This document shows, one piece after another, positions 1 through 13,000 of a stretch of DNA of 52,962 nt. This DNA comes from Corallochytrium limacisporum Hawaii. Its lineage: Eukaryota; Protista; Pluriformea. The translations under genes and the position numbers were made by a program. The notes below the pieces were generated by a model that saw only the letters and a list, made by a program, of their open reading frames with translations, had not been told where the DNA came from and did not search any database. Position 1 is the stretch's first letter. Each line of letters begins with the position of its first letter. Location: assembly GCA_002811645.1 (NCBI GenBank), contig PDIP01000061.1, positions 1 to 52,962 of the forward strand. The letters run 5' to 3'.

Positions 1-37
1 GGGGGGGCCCAATATATAGCCCCCCCCCCCCCCCCCC
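1..37. promoter_or_regulatory. G-run/AATATATAG/C-run element, copy 1 (may be truncated by the window edge)
   Basis: GGGGGGGCCCAATATATAG followed by a long C run; near-identical copy at 37756-37791. Regulatory role is inferred. Confidence 0.4.
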
Positions 38-2524
38 TCTTTTTTTTTTTTTGGGCACAGCTATCCCCGGCACTTGCACACCAAAGCCGTGTGTACTACC
101 TACCGCCTTCGCATTCCCCTGCGCCCTGGGGTACTCAGCCCGTTCGGACAGGCTCCCCCGGAGGAGGGGGGGCCCACATGGGGATTTCCCGTTCGACCGT
201 TGGTCCTTTTGCTAGTTTCTCTGCGCTACGCTTTTCCCAAAGGTCCTCCCACGGGCACGCCATCGCGAAGTTATCTAGGCCATCAAGTATATAAACTCTG
301 GAGGTGACGCTTTGGAAAGGATTATCCGGGGTGTATCACACCGCAATGTTTTCACTTTTTTTAATCATTCCTTTTTGTGTGTGTATTTTTACTTCCCGTG
401 GTGGTGAAAATGCCTGGGCTTTCTGCTTTTATTTCTCTATCGCTTAGCAGGCAGGAATTGAATACCACTGCTTATTGCTGGTAGACTCTTTTCGAAACTC
501 AATAAAAAAAAAACAGGAAAAAGAAAATTTTTGGTCATCAAACCTCATCGCATCAATTGATATCCAAACACGGGATAGGTACACATATGCCCAAGCATGC
601 ACGAGATAGGTCTGCACCGGACTGGGGAACGTATGGTGTGACTGTTGTTAGGATGTCGAGCAAGCGGGACCAGGCGTCCAAAACGGTGTAAGCTTTAGAC
701 GATCGATTTCTTGCTGAAAAAGACATATGCTGATCCCAATCGTTCCAATTACTCATCCTTCACTTCATCGCCGCATCACATCATTTGTTCGGGCATCCAC
801 TCTTCCACCATACGCCACACCAGGCAGGACGCGACCTTATTTCCATATGATGCTCATAAAGACAACGCTGGTCGACTCGCTACTGTGCGTGTCGACGAAC
901 ATGCCATTGGTCACAACACATTAGTACGGAAAACCACTCCTGCCCGATGCACCGATCGCCCCCTGGCATCTTATCAGTGTAGGTTCAGTGCATTTTGTGT
1001 GAAGCATCATCAGAAATGTCTGATGTGGCAGATGTGACGCATGTCTGCAACCGCCTCGGTATATAGTAGCATAAGGAGGAGGACCCGTACTCTCTGTTTC
1101 TACTCTACGCAGGTCCTTGTGCGCCGTGTGGTCCCCTTCAACCAACACAATCTCCCTGGCATGTCAATGGCCATCTATAGTGTTTCTATGGTGTACGACG
1201 AAGACCGATGAAAGTCGATGGTCACATCAACGGCAAGAATCTTCCCGATTTTTTTTGCTGATGGCTCTTTTTGGCTTCGGCGCAAGATCACTGAGCTTCT
1301 TACTAAGGAGCCCGCAGTCGAGAGACAGGTGGTTCAGGATGCCTGTGATCCCCCCTTCACCCCCTGCGTTTCTTCTCATGCAAAATCATCAGCCCATAAC
1401 AGAGACATTCCTTCCACGTCAGCACTTCGATAGCCATATTTTTGCGTAATACATTCAGTATGTAAAATCCGTCCCCCGCCGGGACTGCTACGCGGCGGTG
1501 TGTCTCCTCGCCCTTGCGGTCGGTAATTAGGCTTCCGCTTTCCTTTCGGGCACGCCGCGCAAAGTCACACCGAACGTGATACCAAGCAAGGAGATGGCCA
1601 ACAGCGCAAAGAATAGCCGGAACTTCTCGCTTTATTAAATATGGAAATGGCAGTTGCGCCTTTGGCGTGCCCTGCCGGGGACCAGTACGACTGGGTCCAC
1701 ACGGTCCCCCCACGCCCCGCGTTCGGGGAAATGACCGGGGTGGGATATTCTGGTCACGACGTGCACGTGTCCAGTTTTGCCCAGGGCCATCAATCTGCAC
1801 AGTTATGTCTACGCATACTTTTCTGATAGTAATGCACACTAATTTTGTACCGAATGGACCTGGCTATTGAGCACCCTGCACAAATTGAGGTATGTATACC
1901 ATTTTCTTCGTGTTTCTGCGAAGCGTTAGGACTCGCTCGCTGGTCCGCCCGCTTCCCAGTCTTTTCTTCGACGGAGAGCGACGCGCGCTTTGCCCGCGCG
2001 CCTTCTTCTTTTTTTTTTTTTGGGTGTCGCGCTCGCTCGCTCCTGCGTTTTTCGGTTCTTTCTGTATTGCCAATTTCTTCCAATCCCTCCAAATGTTTCT
2101 ACCATGCTTACGCCGGCTTTACTTGCGAAAATGACGTGCTCCTTTGGAGAAGAGCCAGCCATGTCGGTAACCGCACACACACACACACACCCGCGCATGC
2201 ATGCAAAAAACGGAGAAAGAGAGAGAGTGGGGCAGGAGGGGGAGGGGGAGGGGAGTGGAGTGGAGTGGAGTGAAGAGGGGGAGGCGGAATTATCGCCTTT
2301 GCTTGGCCATGCATGCACTGTCTTGTCCAGCTTCGCGCCGGTCTCTTCGCGTGTCCCTGCGGACGGTGTTCCTCCCCCAACCGCGGGGAGGAAGAGGACT
2401 TTTTCAAACAAAGGCCCAAAGAAACAGTCGAGCCTTACCGATGTAGACCATAACGACCGTACTCTGCGGTTGGTTGGCTATGAAGTCCCCACAACGGTTG
2501 TTAGGAAAGACCTATCACCCCCAC

Positions 2525-2564
2525 ACCTACCTACCTACCTACCTACACTACCTACCTACCTACC
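2525..2564. repeat. (ACCT)n microsatellite
   Basis: Read directly; one interruption. Confidence 0.9.
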
Positions 2565-2702
2565 ACACACGCACAAGAAAGAAAATAGGAAACCAAGGGG
2601 GGGAAGGGCGTTTACAGGGCCACTGGGGCTTTTGTTGTGCCTTTACAATTTTACTTTTTTCCTGGTGATTTTCTCTGTGTGCCACCCTCCCTTCTCCGCT
2701 TG

Positions 2703-2721
2703 CCTTCCTTCCTTCCTTCCT

Positions 2722-2770
<49 letters not shown>
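2703..2770. repeat. (CCTT)n-(CT)n polypyrimidine microsatellite
   Basis: Read directly. Confidence 0.9.
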
Positions 2771-4093
2771 CCGCGTGAAGCGTGTATTTCTTGAATCTTT
2801 TTCTTTTTCTTCCCGCACACCACGACCTGACTGAGCTTGGGAGACTGGCTTTTTTTTCTTTTCTTCTGTTTTTTTTGCCCTGCCTTGCCCATTCTGCCCC
2901 GCTCCGCCCCTCTTGCCGTCTGACCGTGGAAGGACGACGGGGCGGTGAAGAGAACCGGGAGACAAACCGACGGTGCCGCGAAGGCGGGACTTCCTTCTAA
3001 AAAAACGAAATAACATTGGAGGCGGGCGAAAATTTAAAGAGGACAAAATCAGCCGTTTTTTATTTTGGGTTGGTGGGGAGTTGTGCAGGGATGGGGGAGC
3101 TCAGTTGCTGTTAATATTTTTAGCCCTCCTTTTCGTTTCCCTTTTTTCCCCCGTTTTGCAGACGTTCGGGACAGACGAGGGAGGAGCCGCCGTCCGCAGG
3201 GCGCAGCGCAAGACCCGGGCTTTTACGTACCCCGGGGCGAAGCGGGCCCTACCAGAGAAATATCACACAGCCCGTGTCCCCGGTTTACGCGGTTTTCCCT
3301 ACGCGGGAAGGAAAGACTGGGCGCCCCGGGGAGGGGAGCCAGTGGGAGGCAGCGAGAGCGGGGTCGGGGAGAGGAAAGAGTGCTTTGCACCACCGCGTTC
3401 GGTCGCTTTGGCCGAAGGAGGAGAAAAAAAAGAATGGAAACGGCGGTCGGTCGGTCCGCCGACCCCGCGAGGGGGGGGGGGGTTAGTGGCAGTACCCCAC
3501 CAATGACGAGTATTTGGAGGCGATGGAAAACACGGGGTGGTGGGCACCCTCTGGCTTACCACGGGTGGCTTGTGAGGGGAGGGAGGGACCATTTGGTATT
3601 GCCTGCGATGTGTGTGTCTTGGCCATCTCCCCACCACCTTCGCCGCTCCTCCCGATGGACTGCCGGTGCAGAGCACAGACAGAGAGACCGACAGCGAGAG
3701 TCTCCTCAGCTGCGGGTCTCGTTACCCCCCCCCAATCCATCTCTCCCGATGAACCAACTGGGCAGCGGGGCTCCGATGTGGGGTCGGGGAGGGGAATGCA
3801 AAATCAACCGGAAAAAGCCAAACAATAGTTCGATGCGTCCTGACGCATACGCAAGATAAACCAGATGGAAGGGTACTAATGGGAATCTCTTGCATTGTTA
3901 CGTCAACGGGGCCTGTAAGTTAACTTTGCGAAGACCTAACGGTATCAATACGGGACTCAATGATGCTGCACTTGAGCCAGCGTACTAGAGAGTGGGACTA
4001 AAGATCTTGCAAATTGGAATGGTATCATAGGCGCATATTGCGGGAGCTTGACCGTCATGGTCATGCTTTGCATAGAGCACAGTCAATATAGTC

Positions 4094-7000
4094 ATGAATA
4101 CTTTTCCACGGGACTTACAGAACCTAATATGGGCGCAGGTGTCCGAGATCGGGAGCCAACGAGTTGAGGATGAGGCAAACCAGTTGGAGTCTGCAGTGCG
4201 CACTCATGTTGATCCATCGGTATCCAAACACGTTACTGCGCAGTACCTTGTACAGCTTTGCCATGACCGTCTTTGTTCAATCACAGAGTCAGCAATGGCC
4301 TCACCATTGCACCGGTCGCATTTGCTAAGGTTGGCTCGTGCCTTAATTGGTTCATGGTCGACCATCGAGCTCAGCGCGAACTACTTGTTCCAGTGTGATA
4401 GCCACAATCGTACGGAGTCTGGAACAGCAGTCATTTTGCTATCCGTCACAGCGGAGGTTTGCATCCGGGACTCCAACACATCGGGAAGGGACTACGCAGG
4501 GATTCCAGCAGAGCGGGTACAGCTCGTGAGGGATATACTGGAGAAGCTGTTGGAGTTTGAGGGCTTTCGCCATCCCAGTGTTTCTCGTGCGGCTGGTCAG
4601 CTGATTGAAGATATATTCACTCTTATCCCGGAAAATGTAGACAATTTCACAGAAACGTCTGTGGCGTTCCTGGCCCGAATGTGCCTTGATACCGGACTGG
4701 ACAATAATGTGCTCGCGGCCTTATTGGATAACATTGAAGGCGTAGTCTCCGCCGAAGGACACACGGGTATGCGGGCTGCATTTGCCCAGTGCAAAGTGCT
4801 CTCCAGCCAATTTAAAAATGCCTTGAAACGCCAATCATCTTCAATGTACTTAACACGACTGCTGTACATAATTTGTGCCCTAAGTACAATCCCGGACGCA
4901 TCATGGGGCACTTTACGATCAGAATTTACGTACTTTTTCGGAGAGTTGCTCGGGACCTTGCGGTCAGATATGCCCCCAATCGATGTTCAAGGACCCATAT
5001 TGCGTCTATGCAGAAGGCAGCCGGATGAGATGGCAACACACACTGAGGTCATCTTCGATATCTCATTGAAGGGAAACCTGTGTCTGATGTCCGCAGCCTG
5101 GGAGTCTCTGCGTACCGCACCTAGTGTGAAAGACCTTAACGTGTGTCGGATTGTAGAAAAATTGGTTGAACAGTCAGAAATACTCGAGTCTCACGTTTTC
5201 AATCATCTGAAAGACGCATGTCAGTTGGTCAGTCAGATGCTCTGGCAACAAAGCACAGACTCCTGGATTCGCTTCGTAAACTGGGCAGTTTGCAAGATAT
5301 TGTCTGACTCTTTGACAAAGCAACAGATCAGCAGCTACCGTTGCATGCTAATGTTGGCTGTTGTGCAGCTGGAGAAGCGTGATGTGGACCTTCCAAGTAA
5401 GGTCACCGAAGTCATGTATGCTTGGCAAGACGGGTTGGACGTACCTCTGTCTCGCACATGGTTGCGGGTGCTAGGTCTCTGGCTAGGAACATCAACAGCA
5501 AATCAACCTGTGGCATCACGACAATTGATTCCGCATGTTTTGGGACATGTAATTGACCTTGTAGTTGCTGAGGACCAGGAGGCCAGCCAGCATTCCTTGA
5601 TGGAAGTGACTAGTGTGCTTGGATCGGCCATCGATGTCCTCAATCACCATGGACAAATTGAAGTTCTGCAAGTATGTCATCTGTTCCAGCACTTGAGTGG
5701 ATGTGATCACAGAACGTGGATGCAAATGGCGTCCAGCATTATTGCAGCTTTAAATGGTTCACTGCGTGCAGGCGCGGTGGCGTACATCGCTGTCAATCAC
5801 AAGGGACAAATTGGGGACGCTGTAGAAGATCCTCTTATGGCATACTTGATTCCTCTACCTCCAATCTCAGACGACCAGGCACTTGATGTGTTGGAGTTTG
5901 TTGACATTTTGGTACACTACGACGTTAAGGCTCAGAACAGGACCTATGCCAGCTTCATTGATGATCTAAAGCGACGCATACCATTCAACGCCCCCGATGA
6001 AGAAGAACGGATGGCAGAATTGAAGAGAGAACTTGCAGTACATTTGGATGATCTCTTGTGTGGAGGCCAAGAGAATTTGGTGAGGCTTGTTGAAGATGTG
6101 GCGAACGAAATGAGGGTTGCTTATGAGGACTGTGTGCACATCCGCTTGCTCGACGTCGGCAAAGATGTTCTCCAATGGTCACGCAATTTGTATTGGTTGC
6201 AGAAAGCACTCACTCTGGATCTTTATTTGGTATTTCACCTCATCACCCGGTCGCGCCCGCTTCCTAGGGATGCATTGCAAGACCTGAATCACGCTATTGC
6301 TCTCAACATGGACATGTATCGCCAAGTCGCGGTGTTGATCAATGACCTTCCAATGTGTACCTGGTTGGACACAGTTGCGGATGAATATTTGACATCTGTG
6401 ACCTTCACAGAAAGTGCATACAAACAACTTGATATGGACTCGATCCTCCGATCGTACTCCAGGATGGGACTAACGATGGGATCCATTGATCTCAGCAACG
6501 CTGTGGCCTTGCAGCAAACACTTTTCGGCGGCGAGTTTGGTTCCTTTACGTCAGGCGCGTGCAAGTTCATTGCTGGTCAATTCAATGACGCTAAGAGAGA
6601 CTTTGCAGCTTTCCAGGAGAATCTTCCAACGAGATCCCCAAACGCAATGGAGGCATCCATTTGGGCATATATTGCGGCTCTTCAGACCAACGAATCGCTT
6701 CTGGGTGAGAGTGACACCTTGGCTGAGTCTTACAAGAAAGCCATGTCACTTACTTATGTGAAAGATGTCACAAACTACCCCCTACAAAACGCGGTGTTTG
6801 ATATGAGCTCTGCGATTCTGTGGTTTCACAGTAATACTGTCTTAGATGTAGTTGAACATAGCAGCGCACAACACAGGTCTTTGCGCCCAGAGGATAGTTT
6901 GGTGAAGCCCTTGTCAAATGATAGCGTCGACGTGACATCGGAAGCCGATATCATCTTTCCTTTGGTGGACATATTGAATGCAGAACGTGTAGCCTATACT

Positions 7001-10000
7001 GCCCGGCACCTCAAGCGGCAAGTTGTGCATTCAGCTCAAAGCAAAGGGCTGAGGAGCCTGCTAAAGGACGGTGCCTACACTGTAGACTACCTTGATGCCC
7101 TTCTGGGAAATGGAGCCGCTGACATGTACATTGACGGCCTCGTTGCTCTTGAACAAGCACTGGTCACTCGCACTGTCCTGGACATACAGCATGTTCATAC
7201 GGTCTTTGACTTTCTTTCAGAGGGGAAAAGTTCAATTCTCGCGGCTGCTGCATGTTTGAGTCTTGGGCGAACCGTCTTTGCCAGTGGAGAGCTCAAGACG
7301 CTTGGCGATAACCTTGCAGCGTACTGTAGCAATGTAAAGGATGTTCATCGTGTATCTGACGCACTTCCTGATCAGATTCCCATCCTATTGGTTTTGAAGG
7401 CCCGAGAAATCACTAATCAGGTGCCACTGGCTTCCTTGCAGTTGGCGGACTGGAGCTTTTCAGTTGTTCAAAGAAGGGCCCAGCCAGCAGTACAATTGCA
7501 ATTGTTGAATGGCCGGTTCAATGGCGAGCAGTCAATTCGAGACTTTGTCGAGGACAGACTTTCGAAGTATTCATCCATTGGTCACATTGAAGTTGACCGA
7601 CTAGCCTATATCATTTGGGGCGCATTGCTCCAGCTCAGTGCGAAGGAGATCATTGAGAGGTTCCCAGAAATGGAAGATTCATTAACTTCTGTATTATCTC
7701 ATGACTTGCAAAAGACATGCCACCAAATTATCCACAATCAACCACTGTTGAGGTCGTTGCTTGCAGAAATCACGGGACATGGGGACATGGGTCTTTGCCA
7801 TGACTTCGTCAAAATCTTTGAAGAGGCAATGAAGGCATCACAGCACTTCTTCAATGTGCATGAAGCAGCATTGGAGCTGTACGCATCTTTCTTGCATGAT
7901 CATGATCTGGCCGTGTTGACTACCCCAAGCCTGCGTGGCTCCATGAGTGATGTATTGCTCGCTACTTTACGCGTTGCGAAGCTTTTCGTCGAGTATCCAC
8001 ATGTTTTGGAGCACAACTGGCAGAAGAACGTGGCAGACAGGGTCCCGGTGTGGTGCTGGAGAAAAGTACTGCCCCAACTGCTATCACGCCTCAGTCATGC
8101 CAGTCACACAGTGCGACGTGTCATGGGACAGGTCTTGCACATTGTGGCTGATGCAAATCCCGAGACTGTGGCGATATCCATAGTCAGTGCGCAGAAGCGT
8201 GAAGAAAACTCTGCACTACAGGACGGTTTTTGGTCTGAGATTAGGTCTGTGTTCATGAGACGAAATCCAGTCGTTTGGGACCAGGCCTACACTATGGTGA
8301 ACGAGATCTCAGACCTTAGTATGTTGCCGGAAGAGATGTGGGGTGACTCTTTGGCCACAATTCTTCGACACGCAATGGATCGACTCCGATTCTTCGGAGC
8401 TGAGTACGATCGCATTGTCAGCAATCACCATTTGAGCGACTCTGAAAAGCATGTCCTCATCGCCGGCAAGTACTCAGCAATGATGAAGACGGCTTTGGTC
8501 AAACTTGGACACCTTGTGAACAGGACTCGAACTCTGCGCGAGACACCTTACAATTTCATGTTTGCGTGCCGCTACGGGTATCGTTTGCAGGAGGCAATTG
8601 AGCAAGTGACATCTCCAGCTGACTATCGTACGTGTGGAGAGGCGTGGCAAAGGCTACGTCAACTGAGTAAGACGCTTGATGAGAGAGAAAAGTACATTAT
8701 GCGCAGGGGAATCAATTTACACCACCTCTGTCCCGGCCTTGCGAGTACTCGGACTTGGAGACTTCCTGTTCCTTTCCTTCACGAGCATTTTGACTTCTCA
8801 CGAACAGGAATCACGGACTTGGAAACAGACGGAGGTAATGGATTTGTGCTTATTGATGAGTTCTGTGCGCCCGTCAACGTCATCGCGACGAAGACGAAGC
8901 CAAAGAAGATTTGTATTGGCGGTGCAGATGGACGCCACTATCCCTTCCTTTTCAAGGGAGAGGAAGATCTTCATTTGGATGAGCGTATCATGCAACTTTT
9001 GAGTCTGATCAATGCCATTTTCTCGAGTGCTACTAGCACACACAACTTACGATCCAGCCCGAAGCAGATGCTACAGGTGCGCAAGTACGCCGTAATACCC
9101 CTTGGACCTTCTTGTGGACTGATCCAGTGGGTTATGCATGCAGAAAGCCTGTATGACATATACAGAGACTGGCAGCATCAAGAACGCAACAAACAGGATC
9201 AAACAGAGTCTGCCGTTCTTCAACAACGGCCTATGGATCATTTCTACTCCACGTTAGTGTCTGTACTACGTGATACTGGCATGAGTACCACAAACATGGC
9301 CGGCATCAGCAGTCGTGAAATGTGGACACCCCAGGTGCTAAGAACGGTCTATGAGGAATTGTGCCGGCAGGTGCCCAATCACATTCTGAGGCACCGAATT
9401 TGGAGTCGCTGCGTCAGCCCGATGGACTGGTGGCGCAGCTTAGAAACGCTAACCCGAAGCCTGTCAGCATCAAACATGGTGGGCCATGTTCTGGGGCTAG
9501 GAGACCGCCACCTGGACAACATTCTGATGGATCGCAGGTCGAATGAAATCGTACACATTGACTACGGCGTCTGTTTCGACAAGGGTCAAAGTCTTCGAGT
9601 GCCGGAGACCATTCCATTCCGCATGACCCGGAACATTGTGGGTTCACTTCCACGGCACTTTGGTCTATCCGTTGTCCGTGAACAATCCTGTCGCGCTTTG
9701 AAGACCCTGTCGCAAAATGCAGACACGCTCTTGGCCTTGATGGATACGTTCATCTATGACCCCCTGGTTGACTGGTCAGCAGCGCATGCTAAGCGAATCG
9801 ATCAGCTGGACCTGGATATTGATGTTGCGCGATCCCTCTTGGGTGCCCGTCTTATGGAATTACGTTCCTCGTTCTTCGGCAAAGCGGAATCGTTCATTTC
9901 TGATATCCGGAACTTGGAAGGCACTCTAAACCGTGCGTTGGATGCGAGCAGACGTCGTCGACATGTTTTGGACAATATTCATGATCGGATGCACGAGATC

Positions 10001-13000
10001 CGGCTGCTGGCGGAGCATGGCACCACCGCAGCAACTGCTGTTCAACGTCTTCAAGCCGCCCAGCGTGATTTGCACATTATGACTCAGGAGCGGGAAAAGG
10101 CGATCGTCAACTACGATGGCATTGTTAATGTCATCAAGGGTCGTATCTCGGCAATCCATGAGTTCTTGACCATCGGGCACTCGGATATTCAGCGCCTATT
10201 TCAGAGCACTCATTCAGTTGTTGCAGCAGACGTTGATGAGTTTGTTCGGGATAGACTTGAACATTCAGACCCTGCTGTGAATGACCTAAAGAATCTTTGG
10301 AATGGGTTGCGTAAGGCCTGTGTTGGGGCCAGACAAATTGTCCGTGACGAGAACCAGGAGTTCCACACCCTGCTTTTCTGGCGCGTGGGACAGATGAAAT
10401 CCCGACTTCTCGAAGGCTCCAGCCATGTTGCTGAGGTGCAGATCCACCCGACATGGCTGAGCTCTGACGTGGACGAGACTCTGTTGCGTACATACTTGAT
10501 GACGGACGAGCTACGGATCCTGGTGCAGAGCATGGCAAACCAATGTGAGCACGCCCTAGAAGATGCCTCCATGTTACCAAAGAATTTTGGGCAATTGAAA
10601 TCTCGTGTGGCCAGTTTCCGTACATTTCTGCAGAGACTCTTCGGCCCCGTCATTGAGGATGAAAAGGTGGCAATTGAATGCAGATGCGTTCATTCTATTG
10701 TGGATATATTGCATGAGTTAAAGGAGAAGACGGTGTGGAGTGGATCAGATCCTGTTATGGCGCCCGGAGGACTGAGCAATGACGCTTTCAAATTCTTCGT
10801 GGTGCCTGCACACTTGATTTGGCGCATTGCAGGCTTAAGTAGCGTGTCCATCGCATTGCAGTCCCTGCGTCGGCCATCTCAAGAGCTTGTTGGTAGCGAG
10901 CTCGACCTGCTAGTAACTCTGAACAACTTTGCCATGCACATGAATGAGCAACTTGTCCACTTTGTGACAACTTCATTTGGCCCAATGTTGGACGAGATGC
11001 TTGAGGCTGACAATCTGAATGTTGATTTCCAAACAGCAATGGGTGACTTGCTTGATATTTTGCGTGCAACTCGTCGCCCAATCAACGAAACGACAGCTCG
11101 CTTGGACACACTTTGCCAGAGCCTGGCCAACCATGGTCAACGCGCAATTCAGCAGATCAGCATAATATGGAATCAACTGCACACGCTCATTGGCAAGTAT
11201 CAAGCGGTCCTGCAGAGTCTGGTCAGCAACGAGTTTGCGGTCAAAGCCCTTGCCGCTCTGGATGTGGAGAACATCATTTCTCCTATGGACACCTCTGGCA
11301 TGGTAAACAACGCGCTGATGGAAGCCGTTGAAACAATGCGACTCCTCTGTCACGCACTGGTCCCTTCGGAGCACAGCGGTGACCAGAGCAGTCAAACTGA
11401 GACCGGAGCCATATTGCACCAGTTCGCGTCCTTGTTGACCACGGTGGTATGGCCTGTCTTGCACGCCGGCATTCCTGCGTCTGCGCTGGCTTTCTTATTG
11501 AGCTGGACCTACCAGTTCAGCCCGAGCGTTTACCGCGATGTCATAGATGGACTCTCACAACCACCGGCGGGAACTAAGCTAGTAAGGCTCCCTTCGCGCC
11601 ATTTGGACACTCGTATGATAGCCTCCTACATAACCAATAATGAATTGGAAATGGGTAATGTACGTCAAGCACAACTCGACGTCTATTCGTCACACGTGGA
11701 TGATATGGTCCTTGTGGATGGCTTTGCGCATCTGTTTGATGAGCTGAAAGCGCTCAAAGAGACTTTGTATCAGTACAGCCATGACACCAATCAGCTGCTG
11801 ATGACATTCGCAATGGAACAGAACAGACTGTTCAGAGACAAAGTGATGGGTTTACAAAGCCAGGCGGAACGAATGACTTCCTTGAGCTACCGTGTCTTGT
11901 CCACAGTAAGCCCTGGCGACAACCTGGAACATCATGCTCAGATGATTAACTATTTAAGCACTTGTGTTTCTGGTCTAAGTTACTTTGTCAAGGGCTTAAA
12001 TATTGATCGTGGACAGATATCAACTTCGCAAGATGATCAGGAACATATCCAATCGCGGGCCAACCAAGCCATCTTCCGATTATCCACCGCAGCGCGCAAG
12101 TTCTTGGACAAACAGGCAGAAGTCGAAATGCTTGACATGGATGCCCATGCCTTGTCTGCCATCATCAGCGACCCCAATTGTATCAGCGATGAGTGGTTGC
12201 AGGGTCAAACTAAGCGGTTGCGATCAACGATCCGATCTCTCGAAGGAGAGCTGCAAGAGTCAAGCCGCGAGTGTGAGGGTTTAAACGAAGACGTCTTTGT
12301 CATTCAGAGTACTCTGCAGGATTCTATGGCAGAACTCATGAGCATCTATGGCCTGCTGAAGCCGACCATCCAAACTGTGCGGCGACTAGCCGCACAGAGC
12401 CCTGGGCTAGACCAGCGGCGCATCCACAACATTGCATTGTCGCTGGAACAGTACATGGACCGTTTACATTCGGAACTGCAGTACTTCCTGCTGCAAATAT
12501 TTGTGACACAGGACGAGATGATCTTCAGCGACATTGAGTCCGGCATTGATTTTGTGGAGCAGATCTATTCACGCAAGGAGCCGTCCGCAACACCCCGCAG
12601 CTTTGTTGGTGGCAATCACGCTGATCTGGATGATAACGCTTTGGCCCCGGACCTCACTGACGCTAATCAGTCTGCAGCCTCTGGTATGGTTTTCCAGGGC
12701 GGCATCGGTGGTGATAAACTACACCGTGAGCTCAGCGCGGCCCTGATCTACCAAGAATCATCTGCGCCAGAGATTTTGTCTGACTTTGGCAATCTGATGC
12801 GAACGGTCGTGGCTGCCTTACTGATGGTTGCCCGCCTCGAGAACCCATCAACCGAGGCGGCAATCATCGCCAATGCTGCGGAAATCTTCCCGGATACGTT
12901 CAAGGGCTATAGGCGTGTGGAGGATTTGCCATTCATGCGCTTTGCCGCTGAAGACTTCCTAACAGTGCAGCAGACCATGGATGGAGATGAGAGTAACAGC

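Noticed and set aside
1790-3859. Many 100-260 aa ORFs in GC- and microsatellite-rich spacers (also 28800-29640, 31745-33640 and 42260-44800)
   Set aside because: Translations are repeat-derived (LSLSLS, ERERER, poly-G/P), often lack ATG starts and carry no domains.
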